64,000 nt of DNA from positions 5,488 through 69,487 of the IMG/VR virus record IMGVR_UViG_3300009177_000006; one strand, 5' to 3'. Shown here piece after piece: positions 1 to 10,165 of this stretch. The notes under the pieces are model-generated. The model saw nothing but the letters and a program-made list of their open reading frames with translations, was not told the DNA's origin and ran no database searches. This DNA comes from a virus. The first letter of the stretch is position 1; every line of letters begins with the position of its first letter. Position numbers and translations under genes: made by a program.

Positions 1-15
1 ACAAGGAGCAAACTA

Positions 16-237
16 ATGGCACATGATATCAACGCTGACCGCGTTAAATTAACAGACGCATCGTCTATCCGACTTGACCGAGCGATACGTGCTTTCAAAC
101 GTAGCCTCGATGCCGATATGGCAAAGACGCGCGCCGATGCGAACCTGAATACTCAGGTCACATTTTTAACGACCGAGGAATTTGCGGTGTACGTCAAACG
201 CACCGAGAAAATGTCTCAGGCGCAGGGGAGGTCGTAA
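16..237 (+). CDS. hypothetical protein
   Basis: AAGGAG RBS upstream; stop overlaps next start. Confidence 0.7.
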   Translation: MAHDINADRVKLTDASSIRLDRAIRAFKRSLDADMAKTRADANLNTQVTFLTTEEFAVYVKRTEKMSQAQGRS

Positions 238-497
238 TGGCTAGAGAGGTCGTGATGACTGAGACGCCCAAACCGGCTGACCTTAACATACGTGGCTTAC
301 TCGATACGATAAAGGCACTCAGACGTTTTGAGGCAATGTGTCTTTTAGACTTGATGAAGTTCACGCCTGACCAAGTCGTAACGTTTAACTCGGCGGTCGG
401 CGCTATCAACTTAGACCGATTAAATGAACTGGCGGACAACATCTATAGTCAGCCAGACATAGACCTGCGACAACTAGGAGTAAAACATGGCAACTAA
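237..497 (+). CDS. hypothetical protein
   Basis: GGAGG RBS; TAATG translational coupling. Confidence 0.7.
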   Translation: MAREVVMTETPKPADLNIRGLLDTIKALRRFEAMCLLDLMKFTPDQVVTFNSAVGAINLDRLNELADNIYSQPDIDLRQLGVKHGN

Positions 498-1179
498 GAA
501 ACCAGCACCAGAACCGGCTCGCCGGTCACTATTCAAAATCGGTGAGGACATCGAAGGTCTACACGAGTATCTCTATGAGACTTTCGGCGATGTCACCGAT
601 GAGGACTTAAACGACAAGGTTGACCAGTGGCTTAGCGACCTGTCGATTGAGGAAACGGAAAAGATAGAGCAATACTGCTATGTCATCCGTAACAACGAAA
701 CACTCGGGAACGCCGCTGAGTCCGAGCAGAAACGCGTCAAAGCTTTAGCCGACCGGCGAAAGGCTCTTGTCAAACTTTTGAAAGACCGGCTCAAGTATTA
801 CTTTGAGCACGTTCGTTCGCCAAGTATCAAGTCATACGAAACGCCGATGTTCAAGTTGCTCGTCAAGGGTAACGGCGGCACACGCGCTCTCGTGCTTGAT
901 CCTCGTACCAATGACCAAACACATCTTGAGGAACACGTACCGGCGATTTACATCAAACAGATATACGTGCTTGATGTTGAGGCGGTACGTCAAGACCTTG
1001 AGCGAGTCGAAACGAGTCGAGCGCGTCTTGTACAAATGCGAGGCGATAACGCCTTGACAGGGCATCCGATTAATGGGGACCAAGAAAAGGAACTTGAAAA
1101 AACGATTGCCGATTTAGAGGCTCGTCTATCAGGTGTCGGTTATCTTGAGCCTCGCGGTACACACTTGGAAATCAAATAG
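487..1179 (+). CDS. Siphovirus Gp157-family protein
   Basis: Coiled coil EKIEQYCYVIRN..EQKRVKAL..LKDRLKY, then YETPMFKLLVKGNGG and C-terminal LEPRGTHLEIK typical of Gp157. Confidence 0.75.
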   Translation: MATKKPAPEPARRSLFKIGEDIEGLHEYLYETFGDVTDEDLNDKVDQWLSDLSIEETEKIEQYCYVIRNNETLGNAAESEQKRVKALADRRKALVKLLKDRLKYYFEHVRSPSIKSYETPMFKLLVKGNGGTRALVLDPRTNDQTHLEEHVPAIYIKQIYVLDVEAVRQDLERVETSRARLVQMRGDNALTGHPINGDQEKELEKTIADLEARLSGVGYLEPRGTHLEIK

Positions 1180-1237
1180 GTCTGTCTGGCGCGCCAGACA
1201 AAAATGCGCGCCAATCTTTTTATAGGAGCAAAACACT

Positions 1238-2368
1238 ATGGGACACGGATTGATTAGAAATTCTGTGACAGGCAAGTTCGATGCGATGATTCGCAAAGGT
1301 GCTTGGCATCATTTAGGTAATGTCGTGCAAGAGGCGCAGACCGCCGAGCAGACTATTATCGAGGCCGGTATGGACCATCTGATATCAAAGCGACAGCTTC
1401 AAATAAATGGTATCGATATTCCGGCTTGGGCGCTCTTTCGTGATGACATCTTTTATCACGATCCTCTAGCCGCACACATCGTCAACACAACCGAAGGTTT
1501 TCAGGTCATACAAAATCGGTTCATCTTTAGCTACCTCGATGCTCTGGTCGAAGGCGAAGGTAAGGCTCATTACGAGTCAGCCGGGATACTCAACAACGGC
1601 AAGCAGGTCTGGGCATTGGTTAACCTTGGCGTGTCGTTTGAAATCGGTGCGACCGGCGACCGCTTTGAGAACTACCTATGCTTCACCGAGGACCGCACAG
1701 GTCAACGCGCGGCTCAGTGCTTTATAACCTCGATACGTGTTGTCTGCGCTAACACCTACGAACGGGCATACGGTCAAGCCGGGACAGCCGTCAAATTCTA
1801 CCATCGAGGCGATATGACTCAGCGCATGATTGACGCCGCTGACTTGTTTACGGGCGTCACTCAGGACGTGAAGCTGTTAGAGGAAAAGCTAAACGTGTTG
1901 TCACATCGGTCGTTGAGTAAAGAGATGCTCGGTTCAGTGCTTGATGAGTTGTTCCCGCCGGTCAAAGACGAGACAAGCCGTCAGCAGAACAACCGTGAGA
2001 AAAAGCAACTCAACGTGTTAGACCTGTTCACCGACAACGATGGCAATATGTTTCCCGAGACAAAGGGAACGGCGTACAACCTGTTCAACGCTGTCACGAA
2101 CTACGTTGACCACGAAGCGCCTGTCAAGGTGACGGAAAATCGTATCGGTCGAACCGACAAGCAGATACGTGCCGAGTCCGCAATGTTTGGTGACGGTGCG
2201 AAATTCAAAATGTCGGCACTCGATTTGATCCTCGAAAAGACAGTCGGTGCAACGACTCGTACAGTCACGTACATCGACTTACACGGCAAGGAAATTAATG
2301 TTGAGGAACGAACGCTCGACAACTCGTCGCTCCTCGATGCCGTGCTTGAGAAAGGCGCTCAAGTCTAA
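1238..2368 (+). CDS. DUF932 / TIGR03299-like phage-plasmid protein
   Basis: AWHHLG, VIQN, YESAGILNNGKQVW, TSIRVVCANT, GTAYNLFNAVTNYVDH motifs. Confidence 0.85.
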   Translation: MGHGLIRNSVTGKFDAMIRKGAWHHLGNVVQEAQTAEQTIIEAGMDHLISKRQLQINGIDIPAWALFRDDIFYHDPLAAHIVNTTEGFQVIQNRFIFSYLDALVEGEGKAHYESAGILNNGKQVWALVNLGVSFEIGATGDRFENYLCFTEDRTGQRAAQCFITSIRVVCANTYERAYGQAGTAVKFYHRGDMTQRMIDAADLFTGVTQDVKLLEEKLNVLSHRSLSKEMLGSVLDELFPPVKDETSRQQNNREKKQLNVLDLFTDNDGNMFPETKGTAYNLFNAVTNYVDHEAPVKVTENRIGRTDKQIRAESAMFGDGAKFKMSALDLILEKTVGATTRTVTYIDLHGKEINVEERTLDNSSLLDAVLEKGAQV

Positions 2369-2448
2369 TCAAGCATAAACCGTCTGGCGTGTCGGCTCTA
2401 AGGCTTCTGTCTGGCGCGCCAGACAAATTTTTAACTAGGAGATTAACC

Positions 2449-2664
2449 ATGAAATACAGAGCGGAAGTTACAGGTAAAGGCGAGGACGTTTGGTCAGCCA
2501 ACGGCAAAGAGTACAACACCGAGCAAGAGGCAAAAGACTGGCTCGATGACTTAGGCTTTCGATGGACCGGCTACGATGCCTCGCGAGTTGTCACGGTCGA
2601 TACACCGCGACAAGAGGCGTTCGACGCGACTGATAGCCGTATCTATCAGAACTGGAGGCGATAA
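2449..2664 (+). CDS. hypothetical protein
   Basis: CTAGGAG RBS before ATG 2449 (downstream of the ORF-track start). Confidence 0.7.
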   Translation: MKYRAEVTGKGEDVWSANGKEYNTEQEAKDWLDDLGFRWTGYDASRVVTVDTPRQEAFDATDSRIYQNWRR

Positions 2665-2927
2665 TGTTTTTACCAACCTGCGCGTTTTTCAAAATCAGAC
2701 ACGGCGATTGGCATGGCGGCGTTGTCGTGTCAATCGTGCTCACCTTAGACAATCGTACCGCCACCGCCGAACGTCATATACCGGCTGAGCAATTACAGCT
2801 TTGGTTAGATATGAAAGCCGGGATAATGCACATGATGGATTTTCTGCAACGTAACCTCATGATGACGGCAATGGAAAAATGGTTGACTGACAATCAGCTT
2901 CGGCGCTACATCAAGGAGGTCGTGTAA
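2664..2927 (+). CDS. hypothetical protein
   Basis: Coupled to both neighbours (TAATG). Confidence 0.6.
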   Translation: MFLPTCAFFKIRHGDWHGGVVVSIVLTLDNRTATAERHIPAEQLQLWLDMKAGIMHMMDFLQRNLMMTAMEKWLTDNQLRRYIKEVV

Positions 2928-3205
2928 TGGCGCTCTTATTCAAATTGCAAATCTTACGTCCCGATGGTAATCAGGGGATACCACAAGACAGTCCCGATTG
3001 GCAGACGGTACGCGAGGCGGACAATGCGTTCGCCATACTCAAGGCACTCGTTGAGGATTTGAACGAGGACTTCCAAGACTGGCATGACGTTTACAAACGA
3101 GGCGACCTAAATACAATCGGTCAGGTCGTTCACACCGCAGACTTTTACTGGCGACTACAGGTTATCGATGAAAAAGAAAACTCAGTCTTTTACGGTTGTT
3201 CCTGA
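2927..3205 (+). CDS. hypothetical protein
   Basis: AAGGAGG RBS, coupled start. Confidence 0.65.
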   Translation: MALLFKLQILRPDGNQGIPQDSPDWQTVREADNAFAILKALVEDLNEDFQDWHDVYKRGDLNTIGQVVHTADFYWRLQVIDEKENSVFYGCS

Positions 3206-3491
3206 TTGGCCGGTTATCTGCTCAGAGATAGTTGACACCGACATATCAGATAAGGCGATTGTAAAACGTTACAAGCTTCCCGAGTTTGAGCGGATCGACC
3301 TTGACGGGTTTCTCAAAGACGCAGGTCTTAAACGAGGTTGTTGCGGTCGTTGGCACTGGTTAGACGAGAACTGTTATATCTGCGCTCTGACCGCTCCGAA
3401 TCTCAAGACTACGCATTACCATCTATGGCGGGTAAAACGTGGTCAAATCGCCTCTAATCGCCAGCAAACGGGTAATAAAGACGATGATTAA
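3168..3491 (+). CDS. hypothetical Cys-containing protein
   Basis: Fills gap in + operon; CCGRWH..CYIC motif. Confidence 0.5.
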   Translation: MKKKTQSFTVVPDWPVICSEIVDTDISDKAIVKRYKLPEFERIDLDGFLKDAGLKRGCCGRWHWLDENCYICALTAPNLKTTHYHLWRVKRGQIASNRQQTGNKDDD

Positions 3492-5070
3492 CACGGTGTT
3501 CGACTCAGATATTGGCATTGACGATGACTCGATAGACCTACAGCCTGACGCTCTAGGTCTGACCGGCTTTGGCGTTGACCTGTTTCGCTTTCAGCTTGAA
3601 GGAGTACGGTACGGTTTAGAGGCTCAGAACTTTATCAACGGCGACCAGATGGGACTCGGTAAAACGTTACAAGCCTTGGCAATCTGTTACTCGCTCGGGC
3701 TGAGCCGGTTTATCGTCATGTGTCCTGCCGCCGTGAAGCTTAATTGGTATCGAGAAATCAAACGGGCGAATCCTCTTTGGGTGACCTCGATTTGGGACGC
3801 TAAAAAGGGATCGAGCAATGCCAACGTCATAATCATCAATTACGACAATCTCAAAAAGCGAGTCATCGAGTTGATTGACTTTGACGCCGAGGCGATTGTG
3901 TTTGACGAGATTCATTATCTAAAGTCTGGCAAGGCTCAACGTACACAAGCCGCAAAGACCGTGGCGAAGCCGGTCACAACTCTAATCGGATTATCTGGGA
4001 CCGCGATGCTGTCACGACCGAGCGAGTTAATAGTCCCGTTAGATATCATCAAGCGGCTCGATGACTTCGGCGGTTGGTTCGCTTTCGCTAAGCGATATTG
4101 CCAACTCTATAAGCGAAAGGTATGGATCAAACCTAAAGGCAGACACGCCTTTCAAAAAGAGATTTGGGATTATACGGGCGCAGCGAATCTTAATGAGTTG
4201 CACGACCGGCTCACCGCTCGATGTTTCGTCAGGCGTCTTAAGACTGAGGTCTTATCTGATATGCCGGTTAAGCAACGAGCGCAGGTCACCTTTGAAATCA
4301 CGAACAAAGCTGAGTACAAAAAAGCCGCCGAGGACGTAGCCGGTTATCTTGCGCTCTGTGCGGTTGAGGAAAAGGCGTTTACCGAATCGCTCAAGTATCT
4401 ATCACCGAGCGAGCAACGTGACCGCATAGAGACTCGTAAGGCATCGGTTGAGGAAAAGACCAAAGCCGCCGAGAAGTTAATGCTGATTGAGACACTCAAG
4501 CAATTGGCGGTAGAAGGTAAGATGAGCGAGGCGAAAGAGTGGATTCAAAGTTTCATCGACGCAGGTGAGAAACTGGTCGTGTTCGTCAACCACATCAAGT
4601 TCCAAGACGAGTTGATTGCACACTTCCCGACAGCCGCGAGGATCGTCGCCAAAGACAGTTTACGCAACCGACAGATAAACATTGACAGTAAATTCAAAGT
4701 CGATGAAAATTGTCAGTTGATGATTGCATCCTTAAAAGCTGGCGGTACGGGAATTGATGGTTTGCAGGAGGTTTGTGCAAACTTAGCGTTCCTCGAATTT
4801 GATTGGGTTCCGGCTGTACACTTGCAAGCTGAGGACCGGCTACATCGTATGCTACAGGCTCGACAGGTCACGGCGTATTACCTCGTAGCCGAGAACACGA
4901 TTGAGGAAACGATACAAGATTTACTCGCCAAGAAACAAGCTGACTGCGATGCGGTCTTAGACGGTATGAGCGAGGCGATTACTACATCAGTCTTTGATGA
5001 CTTGATAGACGAATTAACGAGCAAGGGGAAGGTTACGAGCAAGGGAGGTAAACGAGTAAAGGGTAGGTGA
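3484..5070 (+). CDS. SNF2-family (SMARCAL1/HARP-like) DNA helicase
   Basis: GDQMGLGKT Walker A, FDEIH, LSGT, VRRLK, GGTGID, QAEDRLHR helicase motifs. Confidence 0.92.
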   Translation: MINTVFDSDIGIDDDSIDLQPDALGLTGFGVDLFRFQLEGVRYGLEAQNFINGDQMGLGKTLQALAICYSLGLSRFIVMCPAAVKLNWYREIKRANPLWVTSIWDAKKGSSNANVIIINYDNLKKRVIELIDFDAEAIVFDEIHYLKSGKAQRTQAAKTVAKPVTTLIGLSGTAMLSRPSELIVPLDIIKRLDDFGGWFAFAKRYCQLYKRKVWIKPKGRHAFQKEIWDYTGAANLNELHDRLTARCFVRRLKTEVLSDMPVKQRAQVTFEITNKAEYKKAAEDVAGYLALCAVEEKAFTESLKYLSPSEQRDRIETRKASVEEKTKAAEKLMLIETLKQLAVEGKMSEAKEWIQSFIDAGEKLVVFVNHIKFQDELIAHFPTAARIVAKDSLRNRQINIDSKFKVDENCQLMIASLKAGGTGIDGLQEVCANLAFLEFDWVPAVHLQAEDRLHRMLQARQVTAYYLVAENTIEETIQDLLAKKQADCDAVLDGMSEAITTSVFDDLIDELTSKGKVTSKGGKRVKGR

Positions 5071-5139
5071 CAGACTGGCGCGTCAGCTTTGGCATTGTCT
5101 GGCGCGCCAGACAAAAACTAAAATCTAGGAGCAAATAAA

Positions 5140-5601
5140 ATGAGCACATCAACTTTCATCGAAACGTATCTTGACTGCCGCATCACTTATCACGAATCGA
5201 GCGAGCAATTCGTATCATCGAACGGCTTTGAATCGCCGTCACTCAAAAAGCTTAAAAACAAAATCAAACAGAATCGCCTTAACGCCTTTGAGCCGGTTCC
5301 CGTTTACATGACTGGCGGTTATAAAGAAGGCGTATCGACTGGTATGCTCACGTCACTTGATCCCGGTACATATCAGTATTGCCGCGTGACCGATGACGAG
5401 AAACATAAATCGTTTCAGTGTAACGTTGACAACATCTATCCTCAGTCTGCCGAGAACCAAGAGATAGGTGACCAACTCTTAACGCTGACCATCGTGCTTG
5501 AGGAAACCGAGAAAGAGATTAAAGACTTGGTTAGTCAGCTTAAGCCGTTAGACATCGAGGCGCTCAAAGCGAGGTACAAAAACGGGAGGTCGAATGACTG
5601 A
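5140..5601 (+). CDS. hypothetical protein
   Basis: CTAGGAGCAAA RBS. Confidence 0.75.
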   Translation: MSTSTFIETYLDCRITYHESSEQFVSSNGFESPSLKKLKNKIKQNRLNAFEPVPVYMTGGYKEGVSTGMLTSLDPGTYQYCRVTDDEKHKSFQCNVDNIYPQSAENQEIGDQLLTLTIVLEETEKEIKDLVSQLKPLDIEALKARYKNGRSND

Positions 5602-6298
5602 GGAATTTTTTCTGGTCATCTTCTGGCTTGGTATCAGTTGGCTTATCGGTCGTGCGGTCGTACTAAGATATCGGGAGAACCGCGACCGCCGCGAGGAGGT
5701 TAAAGCTGTACTGCTACCACCGCCGAGAATGAATTTCTGTTTACAGCCTTCACAGACAAGCACGGCAGGCTTGTGCTGTGTCAGCGAGGTCGAAGTATCG
5801 TTTGCTCCTTCGGCCTCGCCTCTTTTCAACCCAGAGCGCCCACCTGATGACATACTGACGATTTTACGTGAGGAGTACGACAGACCGAAACCAAGACCTC
5901 GCCCGATGAACGCACATCATCGGCACATTTGTTTCGTCTGTCACGATACAGCGATTGATTGCTACATCGGCAACCGCATGACTGGTCACCTGATGGTATG
6001 TGGTAAGTGTCAATTCGACCTCATACAAGACGGACGCTTACAAGACCTGACGTATCAAGAAACGGTTGAAGCGATTTTCGAGTACGCCTTATCAAACCCG
6101 TTACGTAAAAAAAGGAAGATCGCCGGTCATGGCATCTTCCAATTCGTCGCTCGTGAGACTCACGTTGATTTCATCGATACGCAACGCTGTAAGATATGTA
6201 GCGAGGTCTATGTTGCTCACAGCGAGTGGCAGTATCAACGCGCCGAGTGTAGCGACTGTTTTACAGGCCGTGACCTAGTGCAATTCCCGCCGCAATAA
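5594..6298 (+). CDS. membrane-anchored Cys-rich (Zn-finger-like) protein
   Basis: N-terminal hydrophobic helix; CFVC, CGKC, CKIC, CSDC pairs. Confidence 0.6.
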   Translation: MTEEFFLVIFWLGISWLIGRAVVLRYRENRDRREEVKAVLLPPPRMNFCLQPSQTSTAGLCCVSEVEVSFAPSASPLFNPERPPDDILTILREEYDRPKPRPRPMNAHHRHICFVCHDTAIDCYIGNRMTGHLMVCGKCQFDLIQDGRLQDLTYQETVEAIFEYALSNPLRKKRKIAGHGIFQFVARETHVDFIDTQRCKICSEVYVAHSEWQYQRAECSDCFTGRDLVQFPPQ

Positions 6299-6716
6299 GT
6301 GCTATCTCTTTTAACGCCGTCAGGAACTTTTGAAGGCCGCTCTTAGGTTTATTAAGAGCGCCTTCTAAGTCTCCGATAAGTTTACCCTGCATCGCTACCA
6401 CGTCTTTCAACATCTGTATCACTTCGGCTTGTGATTTTTGAATCGAGGCATCGGTATCTATCAACGCTTTGTAGCGGTCGATGATATTCTGTACCGCCTG
6501 ACGCTCAGCTTGCCAAGTCGCACGTTCTAACGGGATCGCATCGGCTACAGCTTGCAATTTAGCAATCGTATCAAGAGCCGCTCGGTATCGGTCCGCGACA
6601 TCAGCGCATTTATCAATCGTTGCCTGTGGTACACATTGCGAGCCGGGAGCGCATTGAGCATCGCCTGATGCGTAAAGAGCGAGGAATAAAAGTGTCAGTA
6701 AAATTATCCGTTTCAT
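6261..6716 (-). CDS. exported coiled-coil protein, possible spanin partner
   Basis: Signal peptide MKRIILLTLLFLALYASGDA, coiled coil, end of lysis block. Confidence 0.55.
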   Translation of the reverse strand: MKRIILLTLLFLALYASGDAQCAPGSQCVPQATIDKCADVADRYRAALDTIAKLQAVADAIPLERATWQAERQAVQNIIDRYKALIDTDASIQKSQAEVIQMLKDVVAMQGKLIGDLEGALNKPKSGLQKFLTALKEIALIAAGIALGHGL

Positions 6717-7135
6717 AACCCTTTAAGTTTCTCCTGTAAGTCTTGAACGCTAACGTTCGTCTGGTTGGCGTTCTGAGCCTTTTGTAAATTAGCGACCGCC
6801 TGATTCGCTTCCTCAAGTTTTTGATCGGTCACGCCGACCTGTGCGTTAGTCGCTTGCTGAGTGTTGACGTAATCGTGAATCGCCGCATTGACGTTCGCCT
6901 TATCTTCGATTTGCTTTTGCTGTAAGTTAGCAATCACCGCCTCGCGATTGGCGACCGTTTCAAGCTTGGCGTTAATCGCCTCTTTCGCTCTCTCGCGTTG
7001 CGATTTAACGTGACAGCTTTCGGCGTACATCACGAGCCAGACCACGAGCGCAAGACCGGCTAGACAGCCAATGATAATCCAAGTGATACGATGAGTGACG
7101 GCAGTCTTAAGACCTGCCAAGATGGTTGCCCACAT
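6713..7135 (-). CDS. inner-membrane spanin-like protein
   Basis: Single N-terminal TM helix then Q/A-rich coiled coil. Confidence 0.55.
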   Translation of the reverse strand: MWATILAGLKTAVTHRITWIIIGCLAGLALVVWLVMYAESCHVKSQRERAKEAINAKLETVANREAVIANLQQKQIEDKANVNAAIHDYVNTQQATNAQVGVTDQKLEEANQAVANLQKAQNANQTNVSVQDLQEKLKGL

Positions 7136-7136
7136 A

Positions 7137-7934
7137 CTACTCTCCTGCTAAGACGTAATTGAAATGTGCAAATTGTTGAGCGTTAGTTGAGTCAACGGTA
7201 AGACTTATAAAATCGCCTTCACCAATGTTGCCGTGAAAGAACTTACTAAAACCCTGACCTGTAAGAATCGAGCCGGGACCGGCGAACTGATTAGACGCAC
7301 CGGGACTACCGCCGAACGGGACGATATTGATTGTTGATAGGTTGACCGAACCGCCAGTTCCGTTCATGTAGTTGATGCCGCATATGCCTATTTGCGGATT
7401 GTTAGCAACCGCGAGTGTAGTGAATTGCCCTATACAAAGCGTCTTGTTTGCCGGTACGGTAAAGAGCGTGTTAGCACCGTTAATCCAACCGCCATGCTTG
7501 TCGGCTCGGAAGAATGGAACGCTATCGGCAAACTCAACCACGTTAAGCCAGATCGTTAAACCGAGCGCAGACGTATTAACCGCAAATGTCTCGCCTGCGT
7601 TGAGAAGAATCGGCTGAGCATTATGTATCGCGTTCAGACCGTAGTTATGACCAAGACCGGCGGCGCCTTCGGTAACGCTCTGACCGATTTGCCAATACGT
7701 ACCGCCTATTTTTATCTTCGGGAAATGAGTGATACCGCCGCCTGTATTATTCGTGACGATGTAGTCACGCACTAGAGCCTTACGACCAGTGACCGGCGTA
7801 TACAGGTCATTATCGCCGTTAATGCTCGACGGTAGAAAGACGCGAGGATATACCGTCTTACGTAATACTCCCGGCGTAAAGGGATCGAGCGAGTTGAATA
7901 CATCGATGATAGCCTGACTTGATTCTAATTCCAT
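7137..7934 (-). CDS. hypothetical beta-rich virion-associated protein
   Basis: AGGAG RBS; two internally similar halves (LYTPVTGRK / LFTVPANKT). Confidence 0.6.
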   Translation of the reverse strand: MELESSQAIIDVFNSLDPFTPGVLRKTVYPRVFLPSSINGDNDLYTPVTGRKALVRDYIVTNNTGGGITHFPKIKIGGTYWQIGQSVTEGAAGLGHNYGLNAIHNAQPILLNAGETFAVNTSALGLTIWLNVVEFADSVPFFRADKHGGWINGANTLFTVPANKTLCIGQFTTLAVANNPQIGICGINYMNGTGGSVNLSTINIVPFGGSPGASNQFAGPGSILTGQGFSKFFHGNIGEGDFISLTVDSTNAQQFAHFNYVLAGE

Positions 7935-7944
7935 GTTGTTCTCC

Positions 7945-8631
7945 TTAACCGATTACGACTTCACCGCCTGACGTGACGAGTTCGCCCGAGTCGGTCAGAC
8001 CATTGATAATAGGATTGTAAAGACCTCGCACACCAGCCGCCATATTCCAACGGTTAGCACCTGCAAAGACCGCCTTGATACTTGAGATAAACCACACCTG
8101 ATTCTGTAACGCACCTTCGGTATCGACCGCCCAGAACAGCAAGACTTTCCGATGGTCAAGCCAAAACTGAATCAGTTCGTTTTTATCAATCAACATACGA
8201 TTATCCCAACCGTATACATAACCGATTTCCAGACCGCCGTCCTCACGAAAATATCGTGTGCGGTCCCGAGCAAGCTTTGTCTTAGTCTCGATGTCCCATT
8301 CAGTCTCAACGCCGACTTGTGGTTGTAACGGCATCGTACCGAACACGCTCAGGTTTTTCGTCGCACTATTTGGTACGGTATCGGTTGCCGTAATGATGAC
8401 AGCCTGCGTCTTGTTTTTAGGCGTATAGGACGCCGTTGTACTGTTCAGACCTGACAGGACGAACGTACCGCCAGCCCCGCCGTCATTCCACGTTACAAGA
8501 CCTGTATTGCCCACGGCTACGTATACAGGGTTTGGGATCGCACCGCGTATCCGAGAGATGTACGACACCGGCGCGTTTGAACCGGCTCGGTACGTGGTCA
8601 TGCCTGTTAGTTCTGAGATTGATATTGCCAT
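7945..8631 (-). CDS. putative virion protein (Ig-like N-half)
   Basis: GAGG RBS; YTP..VIITATD Ig-like strand pattern. Confidence 0.55.
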   Translation of the reverse strand: MAISISELTGMTTYRAGSNAPVSYISRIRGAIPNPVYVAVGNTGLVTWNDGGAGGTFVLSGLNSTTASYTPKNKTQAVIITATDTVPNSATKNLSVFGTMPLQPQVGVETEWDIETKTKLARDRTRYFREDGGLEIGYVYGWDNRMLIDKNELIQFWLDHRKVLLFWAVDTEGALQNQVWFISSIKAVFAGANRWNMAAGVRGLYNPIINGLTDSGELVTSGGEVVIG

Positions 8632-8664
8632 ACGTCCTCTCTTTTGTCTGGCGCGCCAGACAAT

Positions 8665-9132
8665 TTATGCGGTTGCCACTGGTATCGCTACGCCATTAGC
8701 CTTATCGACTTCTGCCTGACGTTTTACGTGCTCAGCGTAAGCGGATTCGGCAAGACCGGCAATCGTTGCGTCTTTTGGGTCTTTCGACATATCAGCAACA
8801 CGACGAAGGGCAAGCGCGCTGATGTTTAGCTGTGCTCCCCTGTCGGAGTTTACTAGCTTGTGAATCGTATCAAGTTTGCCATTAGTGTTAGCGTCGCTGT
8901 CTTTCAAAGTCGATGCGGTAGTTGTAACAGTCTCATCAAGCTTTTGAGCAGTCTCAATCGCCGCACTATCGACTTTCAAAAGCGTAAATAAATTCGCAGT
9001 AATGACACCGCAGAACCCGAGGATCGGAATCATAGATTCTGGTATCCTCGCAGAACCTATAATGCCGATGCCTACAGTCATAACGATAGCCGCCAGAACG
9101 TACACCTGAGTTTTACTGAACGTCAATACCAT
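8665..9132 (-). CDS. membrane protein (holin/antiholin candidate)
   Basis: Two N-terminal TM helices; lysis-module context. Confidence 0.55.
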   Translation of the reverse strand: MVLTFSKTQVYVLAAIVMTVGIGIIGSARIPESMIPILGFCGVITANLFTLLKVDSAAIETAQKLDETVTTTASTLKDSDANTNGKLDTIHKLVNSDRGAQLNISALALRRVADMSKDPKDATIAGLAESAYAEHVKRQAEVDKANGVAIPVATA

Positions 9133-9148
9133 AATGTGTGAGCCTCGC

Positions 9149-9766
9149 TTATGTTAAAGTTTTCATCATATCTTTCGTTTCCAGATATTCCCGATTGAGC
9201 ATCTCCCGATAGGCGTTAGTCTTGTCATCGATACCTGCCATGATTTGCTCGTAAGAATGACGGGTATACTCGGGCGCATCAATCGTGTGCTTGGTCAACA
9301 ATAATTGCATCTGGAAGATGATTGAGTTAAGCCGCTCACACTCGTTAAGGGCGTTATGCTTTTCCTCGCGAAGCTGAAAACTTTCGACTCGCTTATCAAG
9401 GTGTAGACGGGTAAGATATTTGACCTCTGTACCGTGTTGTTTTTTGATTTGGTCTAGCAAGTTGTACCACTCTTTTTGAGTGAGTTCTTCCATTGAGATT
9501 TGGTTCTTATCAAGTTCACCTTCTCTCAACGCCTGTTTCTCTTTACGCTTTGACCACGAGTCATAAAGACGTGCTCCGAATACAGTGATAACCGCAGTAA
9601 GAGCCGCCGCAAATACCGGCGATTCATACCACGGCGTTTCAATCGTATCGCCATTAGCGAACAGTATAGTTGTGCCGGTCACACTCCCGAGGATCGTGGC
9701 AAGCGACCAGAGCGCACCGGCTTTAAGGATTGATATTAGCATTGTTTCGAGTAAGGGAGTTATCAT
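9149..9766 (-). CDS. membrane protein with coiled coil
   Basis: Two hydrophobic segments then charged helix; lysis module. Confidence 0.55.
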   Translation of the reverse strand: MITPLLETMLISILKAGALWSLATILGSVTGTTILFANGDTIETPWYESPVFAAALTAVITVFGARLYDSWSKRKEKQALREGELDKNQISMEELTQKEWYNLLDQIKKQHGTEVKYLTRLHLDKRVESFQLREEKHNALNECERLNSIIFQMQLLLTKHTIDAPEYTRHSYEQIMAGIDDKTNAYREMLNREYLETKDMMKTLT

Positions 9767-10163
9767 AAGTCTGTATCCTCACGAAAGACTGAAATGCGAA
9801 CATCGCGAATACTAAGTACAGGTATCCGCTGATACGAAACATACTGCTCGATAGCGTACAGGTTGACAGAAAAACCCAAGCGCCGATATCGGTCAACGCA
9901 ACTTGTTTGCGTAACCAACGTACATTTCGTAATTGCAATATGGCTAAGTGAAGTAGACCGAGCGCTAAATACGCACAGCCCCAGAACCACATTGGCAAGA
10001 AAGACATATTGGCATATATCTGTTCATACCTTTCGTAAAGACCGCTTTGCGTGAGTGAGTTAAAGAGAAACAATAAGCCGACTGTCGCCGACAATATTGA
10101 ATCCTGCAACTCAATCAGGTATGTATCACGGACCATTGTCCGCTTGTACCACGTCCAAGGCAT
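9723..10163 (-). CDS. holin-like multi-TM protein
   Basis: About 4 TM helices immediately downstream of the endolysin. Confidence 0.55.
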   Translation of the reverse strand: MPWTWYKRTMVRDTYLIELQDSILSATVGLLFLFNSLTQSGLYERYEQIYANMSFLPMWFWGCAYLALGLLHLAILQLRNVRWLRKQVALTDIGAWVFLSTCTLSSSMFRISGYLYLVFAMFAFQSFVRIQTYDNSLTRNNANINP

Positions 10164-10165
10164 AT